From contig OZ025788.1 in NCBI GenBank assembly GCA_964019425.1, forward strand, positions 620,001 to 684,000: a DNA stretch of 64,000 nucleotides, given 5' to 3'. Positions 60,019-64,000 of this stretch are shown here, in pieces; the first letter of the stretch is position 1; the number at the start of each line of letters is the position of its first letter. Below the pieces are notes generated by a model, which worked only from the letters and a program-made list of their open reading frames with translations, was not told where the DNA came from and searched no databases. This stretch comes from Flectonema sp. DT1601. Its lineage: Eukaryota. The position numbers and the translations under genes are program-made.

Positions 60019-60413
60019 TCAGTTGAGGGTCTCCAAGAAGGTGATAAGGTCCGCTCTGTCCTTTTCCTTCTTCAAACCAGCGAAAGCCATCTTGTTTCCC
60101 GGCATGAACTTCTTTGGGTTAGTGATGTACTCGTCAAGAACCTCCTGGGTCCATGTCACAGCAGCATCCTGGTTAGCCTTCGAGTATCCGAATCCAGGAA
60201 CGGTTCCAGAAGTACGTCCGACAATTCCGAACAAGTTTGGTCCTACTCCGTTTGCTCCTCCCTGTTGTATTTTTATAAGATGAACTTCACAATTTACAAC
60301 ATTAGATTCCTACTACAAACTGAACTACATACCTCGGCAAAGGTGTGGCACTGTCCGGCACGGGTCTCAGCGAGCTTCTTTCCTTTCTTGAGGTCTCCTC
60401 CCTTGAATGGCAT
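60019..60413 (-). CDS. CYC: Mitochondrial cytochrome c, copy 1 (107 aa, AxxCH motif); exons 60413-60333, 60261-60019
   Basis: Spliced: [43 protein letters not shown]...[18 protein letters not shown]; 71-nt GTATGT..AACAG intron. Confidence 0.97.
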
Positions 60414-60685
60414 TGTATTTTAGTTGAGATAAAACGCTGAAAATGAAGGATAAGTTTTGCAGAAGAATTCACAATAAATATCAGGAAGATGTTCACGATT
60501 TTGTACAGGCAACAGAATCAAAAACTTTAAAGAAAACATAAAATGCTGAAGGTGAGAAAACCATTGTTTACTACTTATATATTCTTTTCTACCAAGAAGA
60601 GCTACTTAAAATAAAGCTCTTCACTATGAAAAGAGTGAGGGGCCAGACTTAGACATAATATTATTAATTAACTCTATTTTAATAC

Positions 60686-61912
60686 TCAAGATAGGGTGTG
60701 CCATGACTGCTTATTCCTGTTTGCTTTACTGTCTTCGAAAGTCCTACCAGTTTGCAAAAAAAAGCAACAGGCAAGGCAACAATTTAAAGTCGAACTCGTT
60801 GTTTCTCTTCTCTCTTCGTACCTGTATTTTGCAGCACCGCGGGACTTCAAAAGTGAAACGATTTGTTTGTTTTTGGGGAATTTCCCATCAAGCACCAAAT
60901 TCAGGAGCGTGGCATGGCGTGAAAATTTAAGAGTTGGTTCTGCGAGTATATTTGCGTTATGATCTAGAGCAATTTCAGTCATTCTATACGAACCGCGAAC
61001 TATTGCCTGAATCAGTGGAGTATGCCCATCGAAAGTGGCACAATTCATATTTGCTCCAGCATTCGCTAATATGGCAAACGCATCTTCTCGTCTGTTCCTT
61101 GCAGCAATTACAAGCAGGTAGTTTCCATCTGAATCACGTTTGTTCAAGTTGACACCACCCTGTACGAGAAAATTCAATATTTCATTATTAGCAGTCTCGT
61201 TAGACTCATTCAACTCCTTTTTGACACGTTCGGGGTTGAAAAACTCTTCCCGACTGGCAGAGTCGTAGTTTTCGAAGTAATATTCTACGACTTCCTTCTT
61301 AGTGGAATAATAAACGGGACAATGTCCATTTTTATCCTTAACAAGTGCTGCACCTGAGTCTACCAAAATATCGATCATTTTGTTATCTCCATTCTCGAAT
61401 GCAAGGCGGAGTGTCGTGGTATTGTTGTTATCACAAAAATGAGGAAGCGCGTGAAGTTTATTTATCAAATGGGAGGTTAGATCGTGAAGCCCAAGTCGCA
61501 CTGCCGTTCCCAGGGGTGAGCTACTTCTGGTGTCGTAGAAATCTTCGCAGTCGCTGTGGGCAAGGTCAGCATTTTCTCCGAAAATAATAGTCATCGCGTC
61601 AAGTAGGTATTTATCATCTATATGTTGTTCAATATACTGAGATGCTCCATAAAGAGTGCATGACGCTGTGGTAATTGCAAACTCTTTTTTCTTATCGCTT
61701 TCCCAAACCTCAATGTTACTTTCCTCAGTAATCATTGCTTCTGCAATCTGCACCGGACTATCGGCGTCAAACTCCTCACCATCGATCACCAACCGAATTC
61801 CAACAATCCCCAACTCCTTCACACGATCAGCAACATCTTTAATGGTATCATCAAATTCTACTTCTACCGGATAGTAGTCTCCAGTACGAGCGATCAGAAC
61901 TCTGAAAATCAT
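60686..61912 (-). CDS. Ubiquitin-like N-terminal domain plus ankyrin-repeat protein
   Basis: MIFRVLIARTGDYYPVEVEFDDTIKDV (Ubl-like); ankyrin motifs SPLGTAV, ILVDSGA, GHTPLIQAI; Cys cluster CCLACC near the C-terminus. Confidence 0.85.
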   Translation of the reverse strand: MIFRVLIARTGDYYPVEVEFDDTIKDVADRVKELGIVGIRLVIDGEEFDADSPVQIAEAMITEESNIEVWESDKKKEFAITTASCTLYGASQYIEQHIDDKYLLDAMTIIFGENADLAHSDCEDFYDTRSSSPLGTAVRLGLHDLTSHLINKLHALPHFCDNNNTTTLRLAFENGDNKMIDILVDSGAALVKDKNGHCPVYYSTKKEVVEYYFENYDSASREEFFNPERVKKELNESNETANNEILNFLVQGGVNLNKRDSDGNYLLVIAARNRREDAFAILANAGANMNCATFDGHTPLIQAIVRGSYRMTEIALDHNANILAEPTLKFSRHATLLNLVLDGKFPKNKQIVSLLKSRGAAKYRYEERRETTSSTLNCCLACCFFLQTGRTFEDSKANRNKQSWHTLS

Positions 61913-62474
61913 CTTGCTGATTTCCTAACAAATTAAATCAATGGCCTTAGTGACGGAGAAACAGAAAACAAAATCCCGACCATTCAATGTATGTGTACTG
62001 GATAAAAAATACGATTTTTTTCACGCTACTGAGGTGCCTTCAATCGAAGAGAAACTAAGAACAACATCCTCTTCAGAAGTGGAACCTCCGAAAAGTAAAC
62101 GGACTCGCAGTTGTGAAGTCTTTTTGGAACACATCACCAAAATCTAACATTCTTGTCATGCTAACACACAACGGAGCAGAGCGAAGATGTGCAATAATAG
62201 TGTTACAAAATCCACAACAGAATGCAAGCAAATGGAGGAAAATCTTGATTTTACAAAACGCTCTTACCTGGAGAGTCGGACTACATTAGTAGAAGCATCA
62301 CTTTGTACGTAACACTATCCCAGTTCAGTCGCTTTTGATCGACGGAGTAGAAAAATAAAACACGGAACACATTGGAATATATGAAACCGAAAACACATAA
62401 AAGAGATGATTTAATTCTGGCAATACATCGATGAAATCAGAAGACTTCGTGCGGTTGTATTATAAACTGCCTAC

Positions 62475-62869
62475 TCAGTTGAGGGTCTCCAAGAAGGTGA
62501 TAAGGTCCGCTCTGTCCTTTTCCTTCTTCAAACCAGCGAAAGCCATCTTGTTTCCCGGCATGAACTTCTTTGGGTTAGTGATGTACTCGTCAAGAACCTC
62601 CTGGGTCCATGTCACAGCAGCATCCTGGTTAGCCTTCGAGTATCCGAATCCAGGAACGGTTCCAGAAGTACGTCCGACAATTCCGAACAAGTTTGGTCCT
62701 ACTCCGTTTGCTCCTCCCTGTTGTATTTTTATAAGATGAACTTCACAATTTACAACATTAGATTCCTACTACAAACTGAACTACATACCTCGGCAAAGGT
62801 GTGGCACTGTCCGGCACGGGTCTCAGCGAGCTTCTTTCCTTTCTTGAGGTCTCCTCCCTTGAATGGCAT
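62475..62869 (-). CDS. CYC: Mitochondrial cytochrome c, copy 2; exons 62869-62789, 62717-62475
   Basis: Appears identical to copy 1 including the intron; offset 2456 bp. Confidence 0.97.
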
Positions 62870-63175
62870 TGTTAGTGAAGTGATAGCTGGCAAAAAGAAT
62901 AAAACAAATTTCTCAGGTAGCTTTCGACATCAAATTTTCAAGTGCAGAATTTAACAAAAAGTTTATTCATTCTTTCGACAATTGCTAGGGCAAGAATGAA
63001 GCAAAAGACTAACTAACTTCCGACAAACCAATTCCAAGTTCAGGGCGTTTCGTCTCGAATACACAGACAGACTTGCAATCAAGAACACCACACAGCGAAC
63101 ATAAATAAGGTAAGTTTTCCGAATATTTGAAACAACTTATAAGACATCAGTATCCTATCGTCTCTATGAATGTTT

Positions 63176-63507
63176 TTAAGATGCCTTACCTGAGGTTGGA
63201 GGCTTAAACGTAAGCAGATCTTCATCGTCCAAATCATCATCAAACTCTGTTGTGTTTTGTGTTGATATTTCTAACCGACGGGACAAAAGGCGGGACAGAA
63301 GCAGCAATACAACATACCGTTGAAGAATCCTGCGTCAGATAAATTTGCTTTCTCATATTCCTTTCCCTCAGTATGAAGGGCGAGAAAGTCATTATCGAGA
63401 TCCATCTCATCCCACACATTCATCATCGAATCTTGAGTCTGAATTTCTTCTCCAACTTCTGCACCAGTAGCTGTAGAAGGCCTACTGCCTCCGAGAATGC
63501 CGCTCAT
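63176..63507 (-). CDS. Small acidic protein, COP9 signalosome subunit 9 (CSNAP/MYEOV2)-like; exons 63507-63318, 63246-63176
   Basis: Splicing a 71-nt intron gives ...SDAGFFN|EFDDDLDDEDL..., matching the CSN9 FFNDFEDLFD motif. Confidence 0.7.
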
Positions 63508-64000
63508 TTTGCGTTGTGTCTGAGCAAAAAGGTAATTTGTAATACTTTACAGATCTTCATCTGTCGTACATTTCTAAAACTCTAGTTGAGAAAAAATTCC
63601 CATTGCAGCTTTCGTTACGAGTTAATTACAAATAGATAGTCCACGTGTGAGTTGGTGATACGTCAGTAGAGAGAATACTTAAGTGTGTGTCGTGCGATAA
63701 TAATAACAATATAAAACAACAATCCACTATTGATGACAGCAACATACAGACCCCACAACCACTTGAGAGTGAGATTATTAAAAACACACCAAGTAGTAGG
63801 AGTAGCAAAGATAACAATTAACCAGTAGAACGAAGCCACGAACGACACAAAAGATGAGACCGATAGCGTGAGTGATGGTCGAGGTATGGAAGCTGGAAGG
63901 AAAAATTCAATGAGCGACAAGACAAAAGTAAAGAAATTAAATGAAAGTGAGATCACAACCATCGATTGAACTGCTTCAAACGAACTGCTACTGGCAACGC

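Noticed and set aside
59929..60423. 164-aa + strand ORF and similar antisense ORFs over real genes
   Set aside because: Antisense shadows of cytochrome c and other genes.
1..64000. CRISPR arrays, rRNA, tRNA, spliced-leader RNA genes, telomeric repeats, prokaryotic operons
   Set aside because: None recognised by eye; the tandem repeats are coding, and the sequence is eukaryotic with spliceosomal introns. tRNAscan/Infernal were not run.

Overview
Eukaryotic nuclear DNA, AT-rich between genes, almost certainly euglenozoan and most likely a diplonemid-type flagellate. Support: the cytochrome c has the single-cysteine AxxCH haem motif, DOT1 is of the trypanosomatid type, and there is a TATE/DIRS-like reverse transcriptase. 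Genes lie in unidirectional clusters, yet many carry short GT-AG cis-introns, which argues against a trypanosomatid. About 22 genes from 1 to ~54 kb are on +: GH18, a receptor-type pseudo-cyclase, a VSD-only protein, a Trf4-like NTase, TEX261/Svp26, a PIN-like protein, GH31, TrmA, CAX, CPT2, a repeat/coiled-coil protein, three paralogues of an unrecognised multipass membrane family, DOT1, a BTRD1-repeat protein, BBS2, a GNAT and others. Four genes from 60 to 63.5 kb are on -: two identical cytochrome c copies, a Ubl-ankyrin protein and a CSN9-like protein. The convergent strand-switch region (~54-60 kb) holds retroelement debris and several long hairpins. A decayed pogo-like transposon (736-2497) and a long-TIR MITE (34109-34994), both with TA target duplications, are also present. 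All calls come from manual motif recognition; no database searches were run, and exon models are manual.
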